Positions 1-7,749 of a stretch of DNA of 16,466 nucleotides are shown here, in pieces. The translations under genes were made by a program, and so were the position numbers. The notes under the pieces were generated by a model. That model was not told where the DNA came from and ran no database searches. It saw nothing but the letters and a program-made list of their open reading frames with translations. This stretch comes from Tolypothrix carrinoi HA7290-LM1. Lineage in GTDB: Bacteria > Cyanobacteriota > Cyanobacteriia > Cyanobacteriales > Nostocaceae. Each line of letters begins with the position of its first letter. Positions within the stretch are counted from its first letter, which is position 1. The stretch covers positions 1-16,466 of the forward strand of contig JAHHIK010000147.1 in assembly GCA_019358935.1 (NCBI GenBank), read 5' to 3'.

Positions 1-27
1 TACTACGCACTTTGGGGAGCTGGGAGA

Positions 28-834
28 GTGATGTTATCCGGATGGCTATTTGGGTTGCATGGCATTACGATCGCCTGCAAGGTGACTATCAGCGTGTGCG
101 AAATGACACCTCAAACTACCCTGCACCCGCTTAAGGTTTACGACCAGCTTCCTTACATGGGTGCATCTGTGCAAAACGTCATCGATGTCGCTGCAACAAC
201 TGTAACCGAGCCGCCAGAAATCATTACTGATATCGTTGCTGCGATTGAAGCCAAGCAGCTAATGATTATTGGCAACTCAGGCGCTGGAAAGTCTGTAACA
301 GCACAATACTTGGCTTACACAGTCGGCGGAAGGGTAAGAGTGCTGGAGTGCGAAGGCACGCCTACGGACTGGCAGGGGCTAGAGGTTGTTGGACGCGGTG
401 AAGATTGGAAAGCAATAAATGCGGCTATGGAGGCAGAGCTAGAAGAATTGTCACGTCGGATAAGCATCCGTAACGAGCGGGGTGACTACGTCAAGACCGA
501 TCGCACTGCTTGCTTGACGATAGTCCCTGTAAATTGCCCTCTTACAGGGAAATGAAAGTTGTAGCGAGCCGGAGTGGTCAGACCATGCTGCCACCATCAC
601 CGCGCCAACGCGAAAGCAGACCAAAATGAGGGTGAAAATGCCCCAAAAAGCGCTCTGGGGGCGGGTTTAGAGGAAAATTGTTCTGACGCGGACAAGCTGC
701 TTTGGCGGATAATCCAGCGATTTGGAGCCGAAAAATCTGACAGCGATATTGTCACTGAGATTCTCGGTTTCACCGGGAAACGCTACTCGGAAGGCAAAAC
801 CGTGCTGGAGAAGTTGCGACGCCATTTTGGATAA
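28..834 (+). pseudogene. Fragmented P-loop ATPase of plasmid/integrative-element type
   Basis: ORF 28..555 has a Walker A motif (IIGNSGAGKS) but ends soon afterwards. Coding-like sequence continues in shifted frames (LDDSPCKLPSYREM near 512-560; SDSDIVTEILGFTGKRYSEGK in 574..834), consistent with an internal deletion plus frameshifts. Confidence 0.55.
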
Positions 835-841
835 TTTTGGT

Positions 842-903
842 GCGATAGCGTTCGCGCCCCTCGTCCTTTATAGCGGAAGCGCTGCCGCCTTGCGGCGGAT
901 CGC
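842..903. repeat. Small dispersed repeat(s) inserted in a HIP1 site
   Basis: Starts GCGAT (842), ends GATCGC (903) and encloses a GC-rich hairpin (ccgcc-tt-gcggcgg). This is the layout of Nostoc HIP1-targeting SDR-type repeats. Confidence 0.5.
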
Positions 904-931
904 GCTTTTTTTGGGGGAGTGCGATCGCGCT

Positions 932-1314
932 GAAAATTACTTTGGCGCTGACGGTAAGCCAGAAGTGAGAATTAGAAAAGGCAGAAAGTCTGGAAAACCT
1001 ACCAAACGTTACTTATCACTACGCCGTTTTCAAAAGTCTTTGGGGCTTGCACCGTCCCTGGAGGCAAGTGGTGACAAGAGTAAAATTAAAATTGTCGGTG
1101 GTTCTGACTTGTGCCGTATCGCCAGAGGCAAGTGGGTTTTTACCCGCATTGAGGTTAAGCGCTGCCGGATTAATAATGAGATTGGTAAAATACTGGGAGC
1201 TCGGTTGGATGCTGAAAAGGCTGCTGGTCGTCCGGTTCGATTAGTGCGATCGCGCTGCCTTCGCCTTCTTCTGCAAAGTTACTATTTAGGGAATTGGTAA
1301 AAGTTATTTTATGA
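932..1314 (+). pseudogene. IS110-family-like transposase/recombinase, C-terminal fragment
   Basis: FQKSLGLAPSLEASGDK matches the GLxPxxxxSG motif of the IS110 Tnp (Transposase_20) domain. The N-terminal DEDD domain is absent. After a frameshift near 1255-1272 the frame resumes as AKLLFRELVKVIL, stop at 1312-1314. Confidence 0.6.
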
Positions 1315-1472
1315 GAAAACCGCCAAAAGGTTATTACTTTTGCATATATTGCGGATGTAGAACTTTGCACGATTGGTATAGTCCCTATCCGATGCAGCTT
1401 TACGAAACGCTATCAACTAACGAGCCAATACCAGATGACGTTTTTCTCTGTGTAAAATGCACGGATAACTAA
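1311..1472 (+). CDS. 53-aa putative zinc-ribbon small protein (not in ORF track)
   Basis: Manual translation MRKPPKGYYFCIYCGCRTLHDWYSPYPMQLYETLSTNEPIPDDVFLCVKCTDN has two CxxC motifs. Its ATG overlaps the upstream TGA (ATGA). Confidence 0.5.
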   Translation: MRKPPKGYYFCIYCGCRTLHDWYSPYPMQLYETLSTNEPIPDDVFLCVKCTDN

Positions 1473-1479
1473 CTAGAGT

Positions 1480-1590
1480 GAAGCGGAACATACTTTTATG
1501 CGCGATGATGGTTATCGCTATGATTCTGCTGCTACTACTTCTGCTTGGTCGGAAATAGTAGCTTTCTTTGAACGGGTGTTTGCGGTTTGA
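1480..1590 (+). pseudogene. 3' fragment of a dienelactone hydrolase family gene
   Basis: Manual translation EAEHTFMRDDGYRYDSAATTSAWSEIVAFFERVFAV-stop matches the DLH C-terminus (catalytic His in AxHxF, then Y-D...A...AW...F). The 5' part is not in the window. Confidence 0.65.
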
Positions 1591-1630
1591 AGAAAAACAG
1601 GATTTATGTACGAGTCATGGAATAACGAAC

Positions 1631-1730
1631 CGCGTACTGCTAGCCTTCGGCTTCTCCAACGGAGTACGCGCTTATCCGCAGGCTAGGCACGCTCGTACAC
1701 GTTCGCCCTTGGCGTCTGGTGAAGGAGAAG
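1631..1730. repeat. Cluster of nested GC-rich small dispersed repeats
   Basis: Inverted repeat cgcgtact...agtacgcg (1631-1670), followed by further GC-rich SDR-like segments in an AT-rich intergenic gap. Confidence 0.5.
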
Positions 1731-1833
1731 GAATAAGAGTTAGAGAGGGTTATTGCCCAGACATCTGTTTAAATTGCTGGTATTGTTTGTCTTTGGATTC
1801 AACGTATTTATTTACGGTTTTTTTTGTAGCGAT

Positions 1834-1860
1834 GTCTGACGACAAGCCGCTTCGCGTCTA
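1834..1860. repeat. 27-bp SDR-type insertion inside a HIP1 site
   Basis: GCGAT(1829-1833) + gtctgacgacaagccgcttcgcgtcta + CGC(1861-1863). Removing the 27 bp regenerates GCGATCGC. Confidence 0.8.
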
Positions 1861-3321
1861 CGCATTATCATAATCTTCTCCACCAGAGGAAATTATACGC
1901 GATCGCACGCGCTTGCGAATGTCTGAAACTATTTTGCCGTTTATCAATCGAGTTTTTGACCAATCTAAAATAGGTGCGGGATATTCACCTTTGTTGATGT
2001 ATGCTCCTTCGAGTATTTCGCTTAAGCTGTAATTATGTAGTTCTCTCAGCCAATAGTTGAGAAAGCGACCATTTGCATCTTTTTCTGCAATGTTTTTGTT
2101 GGGATTGTAAATGCGGAATGTGTCACTTAAAGGATTGGTAATACCAGCTTGCATTTGCCATTGCCAATTGTTAATTGCTAAATCACCATCTACTAGATAA
2201 TTCATGTAGTGACGTGCGCCGTGATGCCAAGATATACCACAATTAATGCATAAGAATGTAGCACACATTGCCCGCATCCGAAAGTTCATCCAGCCCATTA
2301 TTTGCAATTGCCGCATACTGGCATCGATCAGCGGGAAACCTGTTAATCCTTGCTGCCAAGCTTGAAATAATTCTTGTTGCTGTGGAGTTAATTCATTGGG
2401 TGTATAATATTCATCAAACTCAGGATAACGATTGGTGTGTGCTATTTCTGGATGAAAGTACAATCGTTGAGTAAAACTATCGTGCCAACGCAAGCGATCG
2501 CGAAACGCTTTTAAAGAAAATTCCGCTTTCGGCTCGTTGACAAGTTCGGCGGCTCGTGCTTTAGTACGTTGATACACGTTTCTGACGCTGATTGTACCAA
2601 ATGCGAGATGAGGTGAAAGGTGAGAGGTTGACCCTGCTTGAGCTAACCACGGTTGTGAAAGCTTCCAGTGATAACCGTGGAATCTCCGCTGCAAAAATGA
2701 GTCTAATGTGGTCAAAGCTTGCTTTTCTCCACCTTTAAAGTAAACTTGCTCTGTTGACCAAAAGGTGCTGTACTTTTGCTTAAGTTGTTTTATGGTGATT
2801 TGCGGTAATTTAAGCGTTCGCTTCAGGGTATTTATCTGGGTTGGAGTTGGGTGTGGCGATTGTCTAATATAAGTGTAATATTCATCAAACCATCGGTCGC
2901 GGTGTTCGTCGTCAGTTTGCAGAAAGTTATTTAGACCGATGTGACAGTCGAGATTAAGTTGTTGGTAGAAGTTGACGATCGCGCGATCGCGTTCAATACC
3001 ATACTCAACTTGCACATCTCGATTGAAGAAAAGCTTCGGTTTCTCAGACTGCTCCATCAGTTGTCTTGTCAACTGCTGTAAAATATCTAAAGAATTACCC
3101 TCAAATAAATACAGCCGACTACCCAAAGAACGTAAATTGCGGTCTAAATTTTCTAAAGACTCAAACAAAAACCTGACACGCGCTTTACCTAACTCAGGTT
3201 GCTGATAAAACCACGGGTCAATGATAAAGCAGGGTAACACTTCTGCATTGTTAGCAGTCGAATTCGCTACACTTTCGTTGTCATTTAGCCGCAAATCTCG
3301 TCGAAACCAAAGAATGTGCAT
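1858..3321 (-). CDS. DNA photolyase/cryptochrome family flavoprotein (C-terminus shortened by an insertion)
   Basis: N-terminal LWFRRDLRLNDN; FAD-binding motifs SHLSPHLAFGTIS, GLTGFPLIDASMRQL, GWMNFRMRAM and NNWQWQ. Confidence 0.93.
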   Translation of the reverse strand: MHILWFRRDLRLNDNESVANSTANNAEVLPCFIIDPWFYQQPELGKARVRFLFESLENLDRNLRSLGSRLYLFEGNSLDILQQLTRQLMEQSEKPKLFFNRDVQVEYGIERDRAIVNFYQQLNLDCHIGLNNFLQTDDEHRDRWFDEYYTYIRQSPHPTPTQINTLKRTLKLPQITIKQLKQKYSTFWSTEQVYFKGGEKQALTTLDSFLQRRFHGYHWKLSQPWLAQAGSTSHLSPHLAFGTISVRNVYQRTKARAAELVNEPKAEFSLKAFRDRLRWHDSFTQRLYFHPEIAHTNRYPEFDEYYTPNELTPQQQELFQAWQQGLTGFPLIDASMRQLQIMGWMNFRMRAMCATFLCINCGISWHHGARHYMNYLVDGDLAINNWQWQMQAGITNPLSDTFRIYNPNKNIAEKDANGRFLNYWLRELHNYSLSEILEGAYINKGEYPAPILDWSKTRLINGKIVSDIRKRVRSRIISSGGEDYDNA

Positions 3322-3396
3322 ACATATGTACTAAAATCTTATTTATATTTTGGCATTTTTCGCAGAGTTCGCCCTTCCCTGACTTTTAAGGGGAAA

Positions 3397-3630
3397 GTCA
3401 CCAAAGAAGGGTGTAGGGTGTGGGGGGTAGGGTGTGGGGAAACCCCATAGATGAATCGTCAGTTTTGAATTTGGACACCTTGTTGCTTCTCGCTACGCTA
3501 CTCGCAACATTTTTTGCCTCTCCACGACTGAAGTCGGGGGCTTGCACCCAAAACGGGGTGTGGAATAAAAGTCTTTCTCTACACTGACAACACACCCCAC
3601 ACCCCACACCCCACACCCCGTTCTCGGTCA
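3397..3630 (+). mobile_element. 230-bp non-autonomous element (MITE-like), copy 1
   Basis: Reverse complement of 7350-7583 with 2 differences. GTCA at both ends (3397-3400, 3627-3630); subterminal inverted GGGTGTG/CACACCC heptamer runs; internal hairpin ccacgact-ga-agtcgggg. It sits inside a REP-like repeat. Confidence 0.85.
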
Positions 3631-3702
3631 AAGCCTCTCTCCGCATCGGAGAGAGGAATGGAAGCGAGGTCTTTTTGATCTACTTAACTGAAAATTGCTG
3701 TA
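3631..3702. repeat. Right part of a REP-like palindromic repeat split by the 230-bp element
   Basis: aagcctctctccgcatcggagagagg resembles aagcctctctccttgcaggagagagg at about 5990-6015. Confidence 0.6.
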
Positions 3703-3770
3703 AATAACTTCTCCACTCCTTCATCTGTCGTGCCAACGATAATAAAGATAAAGCATTAGGAGGAAAAAGC

Positions 3771-5105
3771 GTGAGTGCAATATTGGTAGCAGGTGCGACG
3801 GGTGGTGTCGGTAAGCGTGTGGTGCGACGACTGCGGGAAAAAGGTTATAAAGTGCAATGTCTCGTCCGCGATATCGACAAAGCACGGTCTATTTTGGGTA
3901 ATGATGTTGACTTAATTGTTGCGGATATTACTAAACCTGAAACTTTGACTTCTCTGGTGATGAGTAATATCGAAGCTGTCGTGTGTTGTACAGCGGTGCG
4001 GGTGCAGCCAGTTGAGGGAGACACGGCAGATAGAGCCAAATACAATCAAGGCATCAAATTTTACATGCCGGAAGTAGTCGGCGATACTCCGGAAAACGTG
4101 GAATATCAAGGTGTGAAAAACTTGGTACAAGCTGCGGGGAAATCTCTGCAAAAATCGGGTGAGAAGGTGATATTTGATTTCACCAATATATCAGAGGAGT
4201 TGAAGAATAGTTGGGGTGCGTTGGATGATGTAGTCATGGGTGGTGTGAGTGCAAGTAATATGCAATTTGTAGAGGATACAGCTTTATTTACTGGCAATGT
4301 TTCCACGGCAAATTCTGGGGGTTTTGCTTCTGTGAGAACTACAAATTTCACTCCACCTTTTAATTTATCCGGTTACGAAGGTATAGAATTGCGCGTTAGA
4401 GGTGACGGTAAACGTTATAAAATCTTTCTGCGGACAGAAGCAGTATGGGATGGCATTGGTTATGGCTTTTCTTTCGATACTGTCGCGAATACTTGGATAG
4501 ATGTTCGCATTTCTTTTGCCGATTTGATTCCGGTATTTCGGGCAAAAAGTGTTAAAGATTGTCCCCCAATTGATAAAAGCAAAATCTGCTCATTTCAATT
4601 GATGTTAAGTAAGTTTGAATACGATGGTGCTTTAAATCCTAAGTTCTCCGATGGTGGTTTTGCTTTGCAGTTGCAATCAATTAAAGCCTATGGTGGGGAA
4701 ACTTTACCACAATTTGTCCTTGTGAGTTCTGCGGGTGTAACTCGTCCCGGAAGACCGGGAATTAATTTAGCAGAAGAACCCCCAGCAGTCAGATTAAATG
4801 ATGAATTGGGAGGAATTCTGACTTGGAAGTTAAAGGGAGAAGATAGTTTAAGGGAAAGTGGAATTGCTTACACAATTATTAGACCTTGTGCGTTAACTGA
4901 AGAAGCTGGAGGAAAGGAATTAATTTTTGAACAAGGCGATAATATCAGAGGAAAAATCAGCCGCGAGGATGTAGCTGAACTTTGCGTGCAAGCGCTACAA
5001 CTAACAAAGGCGTGTAATGTCACCTTTGAAGTGAAAGAGAAAGAAGATAACGCTAATTATATCGATTGGCAGAGGTTATTTTCTGACTTACAAGCAGATA
5101 AATAA
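3771..5105 (+). CDS. NAD(P)-binding Rossmann (NmrA/SDR-like) protein with inserted CIA30 domain
   Basis: GATGGVG nucleotide-binding motif; CIA30 signatures WGALDDVVMGGVS, NSGGFAS and RGDGKRY; C-terminal YTIIRP and ISREDVA; AGGAGG RBS before the GTG start. Confidence 0.9.
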   Translation: MSAILVAGATGGVGKRVVRRLREKGYKVQCLVRDIDKARSILGNDVDLIVADITKPETLTSLVMSNIEAVVCCTAVRVQPVEGDTADRAKYNQGIKFYMPEVVGDTPENVEYQGVKNLVQAAGKSLQKSGEKVIFDFTNISEELKNSWGALDDVVMGGVSASNMQFVEDTALFTGNVSTANSGGFASVRTTNFTPPFNLSGYEGIELRVRGDGKRYKIFLRTEAVWDGIGYGFSFDTVANTWIDVRISFADLIPVFRAKSVKDCPPIDKSKICSFQLMLSKFEYDGALNPKFSDGGFALQLQSIKAYGGETLPQFVLVSSAGVTRPGRPGINLAEEPPAVRLNDELGGILTWKLKGEDSLRESGIAYTIIRPCALTEEAGGKELIFEQGDNIRGKISREDVAELCVQALQLTKACNVTFEVKEKEDNANYIDWQRLFSDLQADK

Positions 5106-5111
5106 TTGACA

Positions 5112-5133
5112 GTAGGGGTGGGTTTCCCCGCCC
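5112..5133. repeat. GTAG-type REP-like hairpin
   Basis: gtag-gggtggg-tttc-cccgccc directly after a stop codon. Confidence 0.5.
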
Positions 5134-5143
5134 GTTATGAGGT

Positions 5144-5491
5144 ATGAAGAAAATCTGGGCGCTTGGTGTCGCCGTGTTTGTGGTAATTATTATTTGGGGC
5201 GGTTTTTTGTCGTACCCGGCGTTATCGCAACAAATAGAATCCCGTCTCTATAACTTAGAAGCGGATGTTAATCGTGTGGAGTCGCGGTTAAATCAGATAG
5301 AGTCTGTGCTAAATCAAAATCGTTCCCCATCCTCAAGATTACCAGTTACATTACCACAGCCGGCGCGTAACAACAGACGTAATGTATCACAACAAGACCC
5401 GATGTTTGATAGATTAGCAACTTTAGTAGTTGAGTTGAAGCAACAAGTCAACAAATTAGAAACGCGAGTTTCTAAGTTGGAGTCACGCTGA
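5144..5491 (+). CDS. Hypothetical exported coiled-coil protein
   Basis: Basic/hydrophobic N-terminus ending YPALS (signal peptide-like), then two heptad-rich segments; GAGG RBS. Confidence 0.8.
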   Translation: MKKIWALGVAVFVVIIIWGGFLSYPALSQQIESRLYNLEADVNRVESRLNQIESVLNQNRSPSSRLPVTLPQPARNNRRNVSQQDPMFDRLATLVVELKQQVNKLETRVSKLESR

Positions 5492-5503
5492 TAGGAAATT
5501 AAC

Positions 5504-5896
5504 ATGACAACGAATATTAATCAAGCAGCAAGTTATGAAGGTGGATGTCATTGCGGTGCAGTGCGCTTTCGGGTGGTAGTTGATAATCACAAAGTTGATG
5601 ATTGTAACTGTTCTATTTGTAGAAAGAAAGGCTTTTTACATTTAATTGTGCAGCAAGATAAATTCACTTTGTTGCAAGGGAAAGATTTGTTGAGCAACTA
5701 CAGATTTAATACGGGAGTTGCTGAACATAAATTTTGCTCTGTTTGTGGAATTCATTCTTTTTATATTCCGCGCAGTCACCCCGATTGTATTGATGTGAAT
5801 GTGCGGTGTCTTGATGGTGATGTGATGTCAAACTTTGAAATTGTCCCTTTTGATGGGGCGAATTGGGAAGATAATATTCATAAGTTGATTAATTAA
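5504..5896 (+). CDS. GFA / CENP-V family Zn-binding protein
   Basis: GGCHCGAVRF, CNCSIC, FCSVCG and VNVRCLD motifs. Confidence 0.92.
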   Translation: MTTNINQAASYEGGCHCGAVRFRVVVDNHKVDDCNCSICRKKGFLHLIVQQDKFTLLQGKDLLSNYRFNTGVAEHKFCSVCGIHSFYIPRSHPDCIDVNVRCLDGDVMSNFEIVPFDGANWEDNIHKLIN

Positions 5897-5940
5897 CTCT
5901 GTTTCAATAGCGTTTTCAATTGAATGAATTATATTCAGGA

Positions 5941-6029
5941 GACCTAACCCCCCAACACCCGAACCGATGAGGGAAGGGGGAGAAATTCAAAGCCTCTCTC
6001 CTTGCAGGAGAGAGGTTTGGAGAGAGGTC
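5941..6029. repeat. REP-like composite palindromic repeat
   Basis: gacct...aggtc outer ends enclosing a cctctctcc-ttgca-ggagagagg hairpin; same family as 3631-3670. Confidence 0.65.
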
Positions 6030-6058
6030 TATTAACGATCGCCTTTTAAACCTCATCA

Positions 6059-6268
6059 TTCAGCTTCCGAACACGAAACTTCAGCTTCCGAACACGAAAC
6101 GTCAGCTTCCGAACACGAAACTTCGAGTTCCGAACTCGAAACTTCGAGTTCCGAACTCGAAACTTCGAGTTCCGAACACGAAACTTCAGCCTTTTATCTT
6201 CAAACTTCGAGTTCCGAACACGAAACTTCAGCTTCCGAACACGAAACGCCGAGTTCCGAACACGAAAC
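6059..6268. repeat. Tandem array of ten 21-bp units
   Basis: Consensus ttc(agc/gag)ttccgaacacgaaac in exact 21-bp register. Unit 7 (6185-6205) is divergent but the same length. Confidence 0.95.
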
Positions 6269-6352
6269 GTGAAAAAATAAGTGCGATCGCTACTCTAATT
6301 TTACATTCTTGAGATATAATCCTTGACATCAAGCAAGTAACGTGTATATACT

Positions 6353-6721
6353 TTAACCTAACGTCAGCACTCCTGCGGTCAAATCTGCTACCAATCGCTT
6401 TATCTGCAACCAACGTACACCCAAGAGGATATCTTGCAGTTCATCTCCTCCTAAAACTTCAATGATGAACTCTTCTCCATCTAAAAGTACAGTTCCCTCA
6501 TAAAGATTAAACCGTGTTTCCCCACGTGCAGTTAACATATTCAGTTGTTCATTAATCTTAAGAGTCCATCCCAGAGTCAAAGCATCTTGGTTGTCAATTG
6601 CTAGCCAACCCGTAAAACCCGTATCCAGTAACGTATTAACTGGGATAACATCTTTATCAGCACTAATCAAATTAATTTCAAAGATTAACTCACCCTCATT
6701 ATTAAATTCACCTGAAATCAT
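6353..6721 (-). CDS. Clan AA retropepsin-like aspartyl protease (DTGF type), copy 1
   Basis: LLDTGFTG catalytic motif and ILLGVRWL C-terminal motif. The ATG at 6721 overlaps the upstream stop (ATGA). Confidence 0.88.
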   Translation of the reverse strand: MISGEFNNEGELIFEINLISADKDVIPVNTLLDTGFTGWLAIDNQDALTLGWTLKINEQLNMLTARGETRFNLYEGTVLLDGEEFIIEVLGGDELQDILLGVRWLQIKRLVADLTAGVLTLG

Positions 6722-7032
6722 ATTGTGCCGCAAGTCCCGCTTTCATTGAGACGCATAATTAAGCGCATTTTATCAGGATGTTTTTCACCAGCTTTCTGTC
6801 TAGCAACATTTTCATCTGGATCAATAAAATAATCTCCGCTTTCTGGCTCAATAACTATAAACCAGTTGTAGTGGTCTTCGATCAATTCTGGTTGAACTTT
6901 GTCAAAAATCATACGACAACGCTGAGAAAATAATTCATCTTCAGTTTTACGTCGTGCTTTCTCTTCCGGTGAGAGTTGATTTTCGGGAAATACTCGTCCT
7001 CGACGCGGGGTGCGATTAGAAGATAGTGTCAT
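6718..7032 (-). CDS. Small conserved protein coupled to the protease (DUF5678-like), copy 1
   Basis: 104 aa with a HYNWFIVIEPESGDYFI core; paralog at 7746..8060; stop overlaps the protease start. Confidence 0.8.
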   Translation of the reverse strand: MTLSSNRTPRRGRVFPENQLSPEEKARRKTEDELFSQRCRMIFDKVQPELIEDHYNWFIVIEPESGDYFIDPDENVARQKAGEKHPDKMRLIMRLNESGTCGTI

Positions 7033-7153
7033 GTTTTTTACTAGCTTTTAAATAAAGTAGTCGTTTACTTGCTGTGATAGATTGATTTTATCTAAGATGA
7101 GTGGATGAAAAAAAGCGATCGCAGCTAGAAACATTTCACGAGTGCGATCGCAT

Positions 7154-7749
7154 TTACCCTAACGTCAGCACTCCTGCGGGAAAATCTGCTACCAATCGCT
7201 TTGTCTGCAACCAACGTACACCCAAGAGGATATCTTGCAGTTCATCTCCTCCCAATGCTGGAATTGCAAACTCTTCTTCATCTAAAAACACGCTTGCCTG
7301 ATATAAATTAAATTGTACTTCTCCTCTTGCCGTTCGCATTTCTTCTTGCTGACCGAGAACGGGGTGTGGGGTGTGGGGTGTGGGGTGTGTTGTCAGTGTA
7401 GAGAAAGACTTTTATCCCACACCCCGTTTTGGGTGCAAGCCCCCGACTTCAGTCGTGGAGAGGCAAAAAATGTTGCGAGTAGCGTAGCGAGAAGCAACAA
7501 GGTGTCCAAATTCAAAACTGACGATTCATCTATGGGGTTTCCCCACACCCTACCCCCCACACCCCACACCCTTCTTTGGTGACTTTCTTTCAGCCATCCC
7601 AAACTAAAAGCATCTTGATTTTCAATCGCCAGCCAACCAGTAAATCCCGTATCTAGAAGCGCCTGGACTGGAATTATATCACCATCAGCAGAAATTAAAC
7701 CGATTTCAAAAATTAGCTCACCCTGGCTGTTAAATTCTCCATAAATCAT
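7154..7749 (-). pseudogene. Clan AA aspartyl protease copy 2, interrupted by the 230-bp element
   Basis: The N-half (LLDTGFTG) and C-half (ILLGVRWL) rejoin in frame (366 nt, 121 aa, ...GWLKESQQEEMRTARGE...) when 230 bp are removed. Confidence 0.9.
7350..7583 (-). mobile_element. 230-bp non-autonomous element (MITE-like), copy 2
   Basis: Near-identical inverted copy of 3397-3630; TGAC at 7350-7353 and 7580-7583; it disrupts a gene. Confidence 0.9.

Noticed and set aside
481..560. Structured ncRNA (hairpins cgtcaag...cttgacg and ccctgtaa...ttacaggg)
   Set aside because: The hairpins lie in sequence that reads as frameshifted ATPase coding remnant; I cannot support an RNA family without a covariance search.
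722..931. N-terminal part of ORF 722..1300 as genuine transposase sequence
   Set aside because: It overlaps the preceding ORF in another frame and runs through a HIP1/SDR repeat; no DEDD RuvC motif is visible.
1568..1873. 101-aa ORF
   Set aside because: It is made of SDR repeats plus the antisense of the photolyase tail.
3398..3646. 82-aa ORF (and its twin 7313..7582) as a real gene or transposase
   Set aside because: Both are translations of the 230-bp repeat element; low-complexity GVWGVG/PHTP sequence comes from the heptamers and no catalytic motif is present.
6059..6268. CRISPR array
   Set aside because: Units are directly adjacent with no unique spacers, and there are no cas genes in the window.
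3631..7349. Composite transposon or already-inverted segment between the two inverted 230-bp copies
   Set aside because: Each copy has mutually matching flanks (two halves of one repeat; two halves of one protease), so they are independent insertions in the ancestral orientation.
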